DNA of 64,000 nucleotides from an uncultured cyanobacterium (GCA_963703315.1 OY969811.1:2144001-2208000), one strand, 5' to 3'; shown: positions 30,443-40,334, numbered from the stretch's first letter. The notes: generated from the letters alone by a model not told the origin. A program made the numbers and translations.

Positions 30443-30513
30443 GGAACTTAGAAGGCGGTCACTACTAGGTGTTGGTAGAATATTTCTGACATTTAAAACA
30501 TTTCTTAGCTAAA

Positions 30514-30852
30514 ATGATAATTAGTAAACAGCAAAATAAAAAAATGCAAAAACAAGGTTACTTATACGCTGTGATTGGTGAATCTTATATTGTTACTAAC
30601 AAACAATCTCTTAAAAAGACATGCGCGATCAAATCTGAGCATCAATATTTAATTGGACGTTATTTAGAAATAGAAGGATGTGTTGCCATTGTTTTGTCGA
30701 ATGAGTCTTTTAGCTTAGCCACTAATTTTGGTGAAGTGGCAAATATTCGTCCATCTACGGGAGATATATTTTCTGATGTGGATGGGAATACATTTACTGT
30801 GATTGGTGTTCAAGAGGATGGTATAGAGCCATTTGTAACCATCGAATATTAG
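30514..30852 (+). CDS. Hypothetical protein
   Basis: 112-aa ORF (may start at the second Met), AT-rich, upstream of the TPR-HNH gene. Confidence 0.5.
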   Translation: MIISKQQNKKMQKQGYLYAVIGESYIVTNKQSLKKTCAIKSEHQYLIGRYLEIEGCVAIVLSNESFSLATNFGEVANIRPSTGDIFSDVDGNTFTVIGVQEDGIEPFVTIEY

Positions 30853-30887
30853 AGAATAAGAAATTTTGGCAAGCTTATAACTGAGAA

Positions 30888-32588
30888 ATGAATATGCAAG
30901 ACTTGAATCAAAATAAAATTGATAATTATTTATATGAGGCTGAAAGTTTATATAACATCGTAGGTACAGAAAGACAGGCTATAGAAATATATTCTAAAGT
31001 TCTAAAAATTGCTCCTAAAAATTTGCAAGCACTCTACTCTAGAGCAGAGCTTTATAATCTTTTAGGAGATTACGACAAAGCTCTTGCCGATTTAAACTTT
31101 GCAAATAACATTAACCCTGATGATTTTGCTGTTCTTATTCTTAGATGTAAAGTTTATCTTGCTTTGTCAGAATATGTTAAAGCTCTTGCCGACTTAGACT
31201 TAGCTAATGATAATAAGCCCAAAAGCTTTGGTGATTTTCACTTTGATCTTCCTAAGGACTTCGGCATTGCTTTCCTTAGAGCCAGATCTAATTATTATAT
31301 TGGAAACTATCAGCTTGCTGTAGATGATTCAGAATATGGCATCCGTCTTCTCGAAGAATTTCTTGAAAGAACAAAAAGCGAAATCTCGTTAGAGCAACAT
31401 TTAGATCGACAACATACCTATATCAATTCTTATATAATTAGAGGACACGCATATGTTGCAGTTGAAGAATACGATAAAGCCCTTCGTGATTATAGCTATG
31501 CCATTAATATTATTAATCGATCTATTGAACAAGAAAACTATAAACCTTCAAAAGTTGATGTGAATGACGAAGTTGAGTTTGTTCGTTTGAATCGAGGTAA
31601 ATGGCAAAACGAACGTTATCATTTATTTGCTGATAGATGTGAAGTCTATATTGAGTTAGGTAACCTAGAGAAGGCTCTTGAAGACTGTAATTTAGCAAGA
31701 CTTTTTGCTTGGAATCCTATTAGTTATAGCCAGAGTGAACTTAAAGAAACTCCTCTTGAAGAACTTCGTTGGGATTTAACTCCACATGCTTATTTTGGAC
31801 GTATTCAATTCGGTCTTGGAAATTATAAAGAAGCTATTAATGGATATAATTTCTTAGATATAATTGATCAATGCAAAGAAGCAACTAAAAAAAATAATCC
31901 GAAATCAATACATTCATCACACGAGTGGAATGATTGGGCTATTGCTCTTTCATTTGAGCAAAGGGGATTATCTTATTCTTATTTAGAAGACTTTGAACTA
32001 GCAATTAATGATTTATCAAAAGCTGCAAGTCTTTACCATCAATGTAATGCAATTAATGATTGTGAAAGAATAGTAGCAGTTATTAAATCTATCAATGAAG
32101 TTAAGTTATTGTCTAATAAGTTGGCTTCTGAGGGATTTTATAATGAAGCTAACGAAGAAATATCTAGAGAAAGAGCAACTACTTCTATTTTAAGGAGGAG
32201 GGGACAGCCTAAATTTCGACAAGATTTGTTAGAAGCTTATGATTATTGTTGTGCAATTACAGGCTGTAGTTCTGTGGATGCTCTAGAAGCTGCTCACATC
32301 ATATTTTATAACGAAACCCAAAACAATAAGCCCACAAATGGATTGCTTTTGAGGGCTGATATACATACACTCTTTGATTGTGATCTAATAGCAATCGATC
32401 CAGACACAATGACGGTATGTGTTGCTCCCAATTTGTTGAAAGACTATGGAGAATTTAATAATAAATCTCTACGACTACCTAAAAATAAAAAGTTGGCTCC
32501 TAATATAGAAGCTTTAAAAAGTAGATATGAAAAATATCAAAATCAGACTAGATTTCTAAAGTCAGCATGGATAAAGATAACAACTTAA
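30888..32588 (+). CDS. TPR-repeat protein with a C-terminal HNH endonuclease
   Basis: Multiple TPRs; RRGQPKFRQDLL..CAITGC..LEAAHI..NGLLLRADIHTLFD. Confidence 0.88.
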   Translation: MNMQDLNQNKIDNYLYEAESLYNIVGTERQAIEIYSKVLKIAPKNLQALYSRAELYNLLGDYDKALADLNFANNINPDDFAVLILRCKVYLALSEYVKALADLDLANDNKPKSFGDFHFDLPKDFGIAFLRARSNYYIGNYQLAVDDSEYGIRLLEEFLERTKSEISLEQHLDRQHTYINSYIIRGHAYVAVEEYDKALRDYSYAINIINRSIEQENYKPSKVDVNDEVEFVRLNRGKWQNERYHLFADRCEVYIELGNLEKALEDCNLARLFAWNPISYSQSELKETPLEELRWDLTPHAYFGRIQFGLGNYKEAINGYNFLDIIDQCKEATKKNNPKSIHSSHEWNDWAIALSFEQRGLSYSYLEDFELAINDLSKAASLYHQCNAINDCERIVAVIKSINEVKLLSNKLASEGFYNEANEEISRERATTSILRRRGQPKFRQDLLEAYDYCCAITGCSSVDALEAAHIIFYNETQNNKPTNGLLLRADIHTLFDCDLIAIDPDTMTVCVAPNLLKDYGEFNNKSLRLPKNKKLAPNIEALKSRYEKYQNQTRFLKSAWIKITT

Positions 32589-32590
32589 CT

Positions 32591-32926
32591 ATGAATACAA
32601 AATTAGTAGAATCATTAGCTCAAGTCATCGAATCACTTGCACCAGATGAATATGCCCTATTGCAAGAAAAACTAAAATCTCGCGCAATCCAGAAAACCAT
32701 CGGCGTATGTGGAGGTCATGCAAGAATCCGCAATACCCGCATTCCCGTTTGGACAATCATCTCATTCCAACAACAAGGAGCCGATACCCCAGAACTTTTA
32801 CGCAACTTCCCATTATTAACCATAGACGACTTGAGTAACGCCCGATTTTATTACACTGCACATCAAGAGGAAATTGATCGCGCGATCGCCTCTCACCAAT
32901 ACGAACAAGAGGAAGCGATCGCCTAA
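32591..32926 (+). CDS. DUF433 protein, copy 1
   Basis: GVCGGHARIRNTRIPVW. Confidence 0.88.
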   Translation: MNTKLVESLAQVIESLAPDEYALLQEKLKSRAIQKTIGVCGGHARIRNTRIPVWTIISFQQQGADTPELLRNFPLLTIDDLSNARFYYTAHQEEIDRAIASHQYEQEEAIA

Positions 32927-33082
32927 TTCGTATCCAAAAGCAAAATCAACCCAAGTCAAACACACCAGCATTTGTAATTCGTGAATACTAAGGGATATTA
33001 TGCGATCGCACTTGATGATGACAAAAGGCGATCGGCTAAAATTAATCATGACATATCAATCTGAGAGCATAGATTCAAAACT

Positions 33083-33418
33083 ATGAATATAAAACTAGTA
33101 GAATCCTTAGCCCAAGTCATCGAATCCCTTGCACCAGATGAATATGCTCTATTGCAAGAAAAACTAAAATCTCGCACAATCCAGAAAACCATCGGCGTAT
33201 GTGGAGGTCATGCAAGAATTCGCAATACCCGCATTCCCGTTTGGACAATCATCTCATTCCAACAACAAGGAGCCGATACCCCAGAACTTTTACGCAACTT
33301 CCCATCATTAACCATAGACAACTTGAGTAACGCCCGATTTTATTACACTGCACATCAAGAGGAAATTGATCGCGCGATCGCCTCTCACCAATACGAACAA
33401 GAGGAAGCGATCGCCTAA
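33083..33418 (+). CDS. DUF433 protein, copy 2 (tandem duplicate)
   Basis: Nearly identical to 32591-32926. Confidence 0.88.
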   Translation: MNIKLVESLAQVIESLAPDEYALLQEKLKSRTIQKTIGVCGGHARIRNTRIPVWTIISFQQQGADTPELLRNFPSLTIDNLSNARFYYTAHQEEIDRAIASHQYEQEEAIA

Positions 33419-33460
33419 TTCGTATCCAAAAGCAAAATCAACCCAAGTCAAACACACCAG

Positions 33461-34527
33461 GGCACTGGTCATTGAATTAGTGGTATGAGAAAATAGAGGC
33501 AGAGGAAAGGAGAAAGCTATGGAATGCCCCCACTGCCAGAGCCAAAAGATCATCAAAAATGGCAAACATCACCACCAAGATGGCAAAGCTATCCAGAACT
33601 ATTTGTGTAAAGGATGCGGCAAGAGATTTAGTGAAAGGACAGGAACGCCAATGTCAAGGCTGAGAACACCAGCGAGTGTCGTATCCTTAGCGCTAAAGAT
33701 GAGGAGTGAAGGGATGGGAATCAGAGCCAGTGGGAGAGTCCTCGAAAAATCCCATGTCAGCATCATGAGATGGGAGCAAAAATTGGCAACCCAGTCACAG
33801 CAATGGAGTCCAGATGCCCCAGCAGGAGGAGATATAACAGTCGAGGGAGATGAGGTTTACACTCGCGTAGGCGAGAACCTTCCCCCCCTCAAAGTCAAAA
33901 GGATGGACAGTGACATTCATTGAGCGTAAGAGTCGCTATTGGATTGAGGCAAGGGTAGGACTCAAAACCACTGAATTATTTACTAAAGCAACCAAAACAG
34001 CATGGCAATGGGCAAAGGCAAGTCAATACATCCGATGGTTTACCGATGGCGAAAGACGCTATGCCCAACAACTATGGCAAATGGCAAGTGTGCGCCTCAA
34101 ATCCACTGAAGTAAGTCGTGAGTATGGACATCGCAAGGTATGGCGACATGGCTTAGAAGTTGCGATCAAAATTAAAAGTTCACAGGGAAATCGTCGGGTC
34201 GAATGGCTCAAACCTGAGCATCCCTATACGGCTATTAGCAACAAGTGTGACATTCATGCCAATCACAATGAAGCTAACAACACTGCTTTGAGAAGGAGAT
34301 GTAGTGCCTATCGTCGCAGACAAAACCTATATGCGAAGAATACCGAAGGATTACAACGAGCAGTCACTGTGCAAAGATTAGTTCACAACTGGGTGAGACC
34401 TCATGTGGGCTTAGGGAAGAATAAGACTCCAGTTATGGCGATCGGGCTATATCATCGACCGCTTTCCATGCTGGAGTTGCTTTCACTACGAGGCTTTCAC
34501 TCCCTCACGATTTAACTGACCAGTGCC
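33461..34527 (+). mobile_element. IS1-family insertion sequence
   Basis: Terminal IRs GGCACTGGTCA / TGACCAGTGCC; 8-bp target duplication CACACCAG (33453-33460 and 34528-34535); the empty site is visible in the duplicate at about 32961. Confidence 0.93.
33519..34515 (+). CDS. IS1-family transposase in two frames (frameshift at a C7 run, 33882-33888)
   Basis: ORF1 has a zinc finger (CPHC..YLCKGC), an HTH and GDEVYT; ORF2 has FTDG and ANHNEANNTALRRR; losing one C joins them as ENLPPSKSKGWTVTF. Confidence 0.85.
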
Positions 34528-34722
34528 CACACCAGCATTTGTAATTCGTGAATACTAAGGGATATTATGCGATCGCACTTGATGATGACAAAAGGCGATC
34601 GCTTTGCTCTCAGGGCTAAACTTTACCTCAACGCCATGAGAGCTAGGTTTTCTCTTTTTCAGAAAATGGCTGTCCCTTCCACGTAACAACAGTAATAAAA
34701 TGGATAAAAATCTGATAATCCT

Positions 34723-35340
34723 ATGAAACAGACAAAATTACCAAAATCTAAAAAGAAAAGCTTCTCTAGCTTCGATCTTGCCTCTGCTTATAAACAGCTA
34801 GGTATCAAAACCTTAACGCATTGGAACTTACCAGACATAGCGATCGCCCCTAGTGAATTTTTTATCGAAAGATTAGACCGCTTGCATCGCAACTTCGATC
34901 TACGGAGTTATGAAGAATCCAAAAAGCTTCTAATCGATGCCTTTTGTGAAGAAGCAATGGATAGCAGCGACAAGCTGAAAATATGGAAAGGAGGAAAAAT
35001 AGAAAGTGATATTTTAGTTGGCAATGCCGATTATCTAATTGCTCCTAGACAGGACTATTTAGATACCCCATTCCTCTGTATTGTTGAAGCCAAACGTGAT
35101 GACTTTGAGCAAGGTCTAGCACAGTGTCTAGTAGAAATGCAAGCCTGTCAATGGGAAAATCGGCAAGCGGAAAAAGAGATTGACGTGTTAGGAATTGTTA
35201 CCAACGGACAGGGATGGATATTTTATAAACTAGCGATCGCAGGAGAAGTCTATGAAACAGGAATGTATACTGCCGATGATACGGCTAAGACATTAGGGGC
35301 TTTGCATTCAGTCTTTCAAGAGTGTGAAAGCAATTTGTAA
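34723..35340 (+). CDS. Cyanobacterial PD-(D/E)XK-like protein (type I RE HsdR-N-like)
   Basis: ADYLI..IVEAKRDDFEQGLAQ..GIVTNGQGW. Confidence 0.65.
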   Translation: MKQTKLPKSKKKSFSSFDLASAYKQLGIKTLTHWNLPDIAIAPSEFFIERLDRLHRNFDLRSYEESKKLLIDAFCEEAMDSSDKLKIWKGGKIESDILVGNADYLIAPRQDYLDTPFLCIVEAKRDDFEQGLAQCLVEMQACQWENRQAEKEIDVLGIVTNGQGWIFYKLAIAGEVYETGMYTADDTAKTLGALHSVFQECESNL

Positions 35341-35404
35341 ATCATGGGCGATCGCCTTTTATAGAGATGATTAGTGCGATCACTTTTTGAGATATTGATT
35401 CAGC

Positions 35405-35761
35405 CTACAGTTCTAAATACCTAACTAAAATCTGTTGTATTTCTTCCAATTGATTCGATTCTATTTGCCCAAGACATTGAATCAATCTACGTTTATCAAA
35501 AGTCATAGGATCGACACAGACAACAAAACTATCACTGCTAAGTCCATTCGCAACAGAAGGAACCAAAGGCACAATTACTGGCAGTAGACGATCGCTAGGA
35601 TTAGCAGAAGTAATTGGTAACACAGTTACCTTACTACGCTGATTAAAAGCAGTTCCAGAAACAATCACCGCAGGACGAGTTTTACGAATTTCTGTCCCAA
35701 TGGAAGGATCGAAACTAACTAACCAGATACTTCCCAATCGATAATTGCTGCTTGCTGCCAT
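35405..35761 (-). CDS. mazF: PemK/MazF family toxin
   Basis: GSIWLVSFDPSIGTEIRKTRPAVIVS and VLPITS. Confidence 0.92.
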   Translation of the reverse strand: MAASSNYRLGSIWLVSFDPSIGTEIRKTRPAVIVSGTAFNQRSKVTVLPITSANPSDRLLPVIVPLVPSVANGLSSDSFVVCVDPMTFDKRRLIQCLGQIESNQLEEIQQILVRYLEL

Positions 35762-35937
35762 GCTGCATCCTCATCATTTGTCAATTCATCCAACAACAAA
35801 CAAGCCTCAACCATTGCCTGCTTTTCCTGTTGTTTCCGCCATGTTTGCAGTAACCCCTCAATGAGCCGACTGCGATTTTCTACGCGATCATCAACGTAGT
35901 GGACTAACTCATCTGGAAGAGAAATAGATACTTTCAT
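35719..35937 (-). CDS. RHH/CopG-type antitoxin
   Basis: MKVSISLPDEL..NRSRLI; overlaps mazF. Confidence 0.85.
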   Translation of the reverse strand: MKVSISLPDELVHYVDDRVENRSRLIEGLLQTWRKQQEKQAMVEACLLLDELTNDEDAAWQQAAIIDWEVSG

Positions 35938-36144
35938 AGCTATTTTATACTACTCATAATACTACCTACGGTAGCATGAATATCGAATAGCGATCACCTG
36001 TTGTAGAGATTATTGGTGCGATCGCCTATCCCTCTCTAACTCAACTTCTGACTTTTGAGGCAGTTATTTTTATATACATAGCTCTGTTAGCGATCGCGCT
36101 TAATGATGACAAAAGGCGAGCGCTTCCAGAGGAGTAAAGCTTAT

Positions 36145-36230
36145 ATGCGATCTCCACAAACCTATAAAATCATGAAGGAATTGCGCGATCGCCTGATTAA
36201 GACATATAGAGATCGGTTAATAGCGATCCA
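36145..36230 (+). pseudogene. Possible 5' fragment of a nucleotidyltransferase (MNT) antitoxin
   Basis: IMKELRDRLIKTYRDRLIAI resembles MNT N-termini and breaks off at a HIP1-like AGCGATCC before any GS motif. Confidence 0.35.
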
Positions 36231-36336
36231 CGTAACATCAGTTATCAATTACAGATGTGTGTATATGATAAGTTTTAGGATGTTGTAAACATACTTATCC
36301 AAGTCACATTTCTCCACTTCACTACCCATCAAAACT

Positions 36337-36546
36337 ATGGCAAAAGAACAAGTTGCCCGCCTCTATCGAGCCGCCCAAGCCGATTCTTTTCTTAAAGCTA
36401 GACTAAATCAAGCACCTGATCTAGAAACTTTTGTGAAGCTAGCTCAGGCTGAGGGATATGACTTCACCCTCGAAGAATGGAAGCAAATCACCAATTTTGA
36501 GGTCGAAGAATTAAAGTGTCATCTTTCAGAAATTCCAGGTATTTAA
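36337..36546 (+). CDS. Nif11-like leader peptide family protein
   Basis: MAKEQV..LKARL..FVKLAQAEGYDFTLEE. Confidence 0.85.
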   Translation: MAKEQVARLYRAAQADSFLKARLNQAPDLETFVKLAQAEGYDFTLEEWKQITNFEVEELKCHLSEIPGI

Positions 36547-36578
36547 CTAAGAGGGGCGCAAAGCGCCCCTCTTAGTTA
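36544..36578. terminator. Hairpin between convergent genes
   Basis: TAACTAAGAGGGGCGC-AAA-GCGCCCCTCTTAGTTA. Confidence 0.6.
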
Positions 36579-36581
36579 TGG

Positions 36582-38312
36582 TTATGGCTTAACTGGCTTT
36601 GGTTTCAAGCGCTCGATCGCGATCGCCTTATTAATAACAGCCTGAGTTTGACTCGGATTCAGCTTGAGGGCTTGATCAAAGGCAACTAGCGCATCGGCAT
36701 TACTATTGAGTGCCAATAATGCTAGTCCGCGCCCTGTCCAATAGTCGGCATTTTTGACATCGATCGCGATCGCTCGGCTATAGGCGACTGCCGCTTCAGC
36801 ATTGCGTTCAATGGACATCAGCGCCAAGCCAAGATTAAACCACGCCGTGTCTGACTTAGGATTAATCCCGATCGCCTGTTGACTAGCGGCGATCGACTCA
36901 TTAAACCGATTGAGTCGCCATAGCAAAGCCGATTTATTCGTCCAAATGTCAGCAAGAAAGATTTGACTACCAATGTTCGCATCACCTTGAATTGCCTTGT
37001 CATAAGCTTTGAGAGCTTCCTCGGTACGTCCCAATGAGGCAAGAATGCGCCCATGATTGAACCATGCGCTTGATGAATTTTGATTGAGGGCGATCGCTTG
37101 ATTTGTCGATGACAGTGCTAAATCAAACCGCCCCAACGCCCAAAGGGTGGCAGCGCGATTGCCCCAAAAACTTGCTTGATTTGGCTTGAGGGTGATCGCC
37201 CGATTTGCCGAGGCAAGAGCTTCTTCGTACTTACCCAAACCAGTGAGCGCATTTGCCCTCTGATCCCAAGCCCAAGCCGCCCCAAGATAGTCCCATTGCT
37301 GATCCCCTTCTTGAAGAGCCGAGTTACAGGCGGTTAAAGCTTCTTTATACTGACGCAATTGATTTAGAGCCGCACAGGAATTAGCCAGCGCAAGGGAATA
37401 TTTCTCCTTTGCCTTCAGCGCCCATTCCTGTGAAGACAAAGCTTCGGCATAGCGCCCTAATCGCCATAAAATCATCCCCTGCTCCGCCCAAGCCTGAGCA
37501 TTAGTCGGTTCGATCGCCACCGCTTTATCGTAGGCAAATAGGGCTTCATCAAAGCGTTGTAACTGGTTCTGGACTTTGCCCTTAGTTTTCCAAGCGATCG
37601 CTGGAGTCGCATTGCCCCAGTTAGCATTGACCTTGATCGCGCGATCGCAGTCTTGGATCGCATCGGCAGCACGGTCAAGAGCGACAAAAATATCACAGCG
37701 TTCGGTCAGGGCAAGGGAATAATTGGGATTGGAGCGAATTGCTAAACCTAGAGATTCCAATGCCTCAGCAAGTTTACCTTCCCGCTTTAGCAAGGCTCCT
37801 TGGATATACCACACCATCGCAGGAGAAGCATCAGCCCAATTTTTATCAAGGCGTAGGGCTAATTCACAGGATGCGATCGCATCTTCATAACGGGCTAACT
37901 CCATTAACGCACCACAACGTTTTGCCAAAGCGCCTGAATTTTCTGGTTGCAATTTAATAAAGCGATCATAGGACACGACTGCTTCGGTATACATCGCTAA
38001 ACCGACCATCGCATCCCCCCGTTCGAGCCAAGCGATCGGCTCATTAGTATTGAGCGTAATCGCCTGATTGCAAGCCTCAACTGCTTCTTTGTATTTGCGC
38101 GATTTCACCAGCGAACTACAAAGCGATGCCCAATAGTCAAAATCCTGTAACTTGTCCTGCGCGATCGCCACTGGTGTGACCCATAGAGCGATAAATATAG
38201 AGGCGATCGGCAAATTTAGCAGCACGATCATTACTAACCAAAATCGCTTACCTTGTTTGACTGACTGACTGAAAGAACGCAAAATTGTTAACACTCCCAA
38301 TTTCTCAACCAC
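36582..38312 (-). CDS. TPR repeat protein with an N-terminal membrane/signal segment
   Basis: Many tandem TPRs (AW..RG..L..LGRY.EA...D.AI). Confidence 0.9.
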   Translation of the reverse strand: MVEKLGVLTILRSFSQSVKQGKRFWLVMIVLLNLPIASIFIALWVTPVAIAQDKLQDFDYWASLCSSLVKSRKYKEAVEACNQAITLNTNEPIAWLERGDAMVGLAMYTEAVVSYDRFIKLQPENSGALAKRCGALMELARYEDAIASCELALRLDKNWADASPAMVWYIQGALLKREGKLAEALESLGLAIRSNPNYSLALTERCDIFVALDRAADAIQDCDRAIKVNANWGNATPAIAWKTKGKVQNQLQRFDEALFAYDKAVAIEPTNAQAWAEQGMILWRLGRYAEALSSQEWALKAKEKYSLALANSCAALNQLRQYKEALTACNSALQEGDQQWDYLGAAWAWDQRANALTGLGKYEEALASANRAITLKPNQASFWGNRAATLWALGRFDLALSSTNQAIALNQNSSSAWFNHGRILASLGRTEEALKAYDKAIQGDANIGSQIFLADIWTNKSALLWRLNRFNESIAASQQAIGINPKSDTAWFNLGLALMSIERNAEAAVAYSRAIAIDVKNADYWTGRGLALLALNSNADALVAFDQALKLNPSQTQAVINKAIAIERLKPKPVKP

Positions 38313-38429
38313 AGGTTTTGATCTATCCTGTCAAACTCGATAAATTTAATCTGACTAACCTGACATTAAATTTATCATCTTATTTTCGATAGATGTCACT
38401 AGGCAATTTGACTTTATAACAGGTATGCC

Positions 38430-39089
38430 ATGTCCAGACTACTATTTGCTAGCTTTTTTGCAACTATGGCGATCGCTTTGCCTGCTTGGGCTGATCCGAG
38501 TAGCGATCGACTCCAAGCTCTTAATCGTCAACGACTGATCGAAACTAATCGCTGTCAAGGCTGTAACTTACAAAATACAGACCTGAATGGACTAAAACTG
38601 ATTGGGGCAGACTTAACTAAAGCCAATTTGCAAGGGGCAAACCTGCGAAGTACCGATCTCAGGGGCGCAAATTTACAAGAGGCAAATCTCCTCTATGCCG
38701 ATCTTAGTTATGCTGATTTAAGACTTACCAATTTTGGTAAGGCAAATCTGCAAGGTGCAAATCTAAGCAATACCCATTTACTAGAGGCATCCTTTCGCCA
38801 GAGCAACCTCCAAGAAGCTAACCTGACTGATACCTACGCTGATGGCAATGTCGATGTGTTTACCTCCGTCCGTCAATTTGTCGATCTAGAAGGGGCGAAT
38901 CTACTCAAAGCCAATCTCACCAATGCCAAGTTAGGTTTTGCCAATCTCGCAAGTGCCAATCTCAGCGAAGTAAATTTAGTTGATGCCTATCTCGAAAATG
39001 CTTCATTAATCGACGCAAATTTAACAAATGTAAGGTTATGTAACACGACTCTGCAAGATGGCTCCGTAAATAATCAAAATTGCCGTTAG
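38430..39089 (+). CDS. Pentapeptide repeat protein
   Basis: Signal peptide; CQGCNL; A(D/N)Lxx repeats. Confidence 0.93.
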   Translation: MSRLLFASFFATMAIALPAWADPSSDRLQALNRQRLIETNRCQGCNLQNTDLNGLKLIGADLTKANLQGANLRSTDLRGANLQEANLLYADLSYADLRLTNFGKANLQGANLSNTHLLEASFRQSNLQEANLTDTYADGNVDVFTSVRQFVDLEGANLLKANLTNAKLGFANLASANLSEVNLVDAYLENASLIDANLTNVRLCNTTLQDGSVNNQNCR

Positions 39090-39137
39090 GAAAGCAATGA
39101 ACTAGGATTGCTGTAGAAGTTAAATAAGATCAAATTA

Positions 39138-40331
39138 ATGGCGAAGCTGCGCGAAATTACTGTTTCCACTCAATTGAAAGAACGTTTAGCTCAGGGTCAT
39201 CCTTGGATTTATCGCGATCGCCTACCAAGAGAAGCACGTTTTGAGACGGGGGAATGGGTGCGCGTGAAGTGTGGCGGCTGGACGGGGTTTGGTTTATGGG
39301 ATAACAAAGGACCGATCGCCATTCGCATATTTTCGCAGCGACAGTTACCCGATCCGCGTTGGTTAAAAGCGCGAGTACAGGCTGCGTGGGAACTGAGATC
39401 GCCTTTACGTGAACAGAACTGCACCGCCTATCGTTGGCTCTTTGGTGAAGGTGATGGCTTAGCAGGGATTACCGTTGATCTGTATGGGGAATATGCGGTG
39501 GTGCAGACCTATATGGAAGGCGCAAGTGTTCTCCTTGATTGGTTAGTGAATGCTTTGCTAGCTGTTGCGCCTTTACAGGGGATTTTATGGCGGACAAAGC
39601 ATCTAGAAGGTGCAGAAAATGAGAATCCTTCAGAAAGTAAAACTCAGTTGCTATGGGGTAAAGATCCGAAGGGGGACATTACGGTAAAGGAACATGGACT
39701 ATTGTTTCAGGTCAATTTGCAAACGGGACAAAAAACTGGCTTATTTCTCGACCATCGCGAAAACCGTCGCTTTGTGGGTGAACTTAGCCAAGATAAAACC
39801 GTCCTGAATTGTTTTTCCTACACGGGCGCATTTTCTCTCTATGCCCTGCGGGGCGGCGCGAGTCACGTTACCAATGTCGATATTAGCAAACATTTAGCGG
39901 CAGTGGCAGATGCAAATGTGCGTTTGAATGATTTTGACAGCGATCGCCATACCTTTGTAACTGCTGATTGCTTTGATGTGCTACATCGCTACGCACAGGA
40001 GCAACAAACCTTTGATATGGTGATCCTCGATCCGCCCACTTTTGCCAAGAGCAAGCAAAACCGCTTTGCCGCGATCCGTGCTTACACCAAGCTAAATGCG
40101 ATCGCCCTCAAATGTGTCGCGCCCAATGGTCTGTTAGTTTCCGCCAGTTGCACCAGCCAAGTCAGTCCTGAAGCCTTTAAAGAAATGCTTGCCACTGCTG
40201 CCGAATCTAGCGATCGCCGTATCCAAATTCTCCATGAAGCAGGACAACCCCTCGATCATCCTGTCCCTGCGGCTTTTGCTGAAGGTCGCTATTTAAAGTT
40301 TGTAGTCGGTAAAGTTAATCAGATTTTTTAA
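39138..40331 (+). CDS. RlmI-like class I SAM-dependent rRNA methyltransferase
   Basis: PUA-like GHPWIY; EGDGL, GQKTGLFLDHR, FSYTGAFS, DPPTFAK and SASC motifs. Confidence 0.9.
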   Translation: MAKLREITVSTQLKERLAQGHPWIYRDRLPREARFETGEWVRVKCGGWTGFGLWDNKGPIAIRIFSQRQLPDPRWLKARVQAAWELRSPLREQNCTAYRWLFGEGDGLAGITVDLYGEYAVVQTYMEGASVLLDWLVNALLAVAPLQGILWRTKHLEGAENENPSESKTQLLWGKDPKGDITVKEHGLLFQVNLQTGQKTGLFLDHRENRRFVGELSQDKTVLNCFSYTGAFSLYALRGGASHVTNVDISKHLAAVADANVRLNDFDSDRHTFVTADCFDVLHRYAQEQQTFDMVILDPPTFAKSKQNRFAAIRAYTKLNAIALKCVAPNGLLVSASCTSQVSPEAFKEMLATAAESSDRRIQILHEAGQPLDHPVPAAFAEGRYLKFVVGKVNQIF

Positions 40332-40334
40332 TAG

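Noticed and set aside
36280..36300. Possible NtcA box upstream of the Nif11-like gene
   Set aside because: It does not match GTA-N8-TAC.
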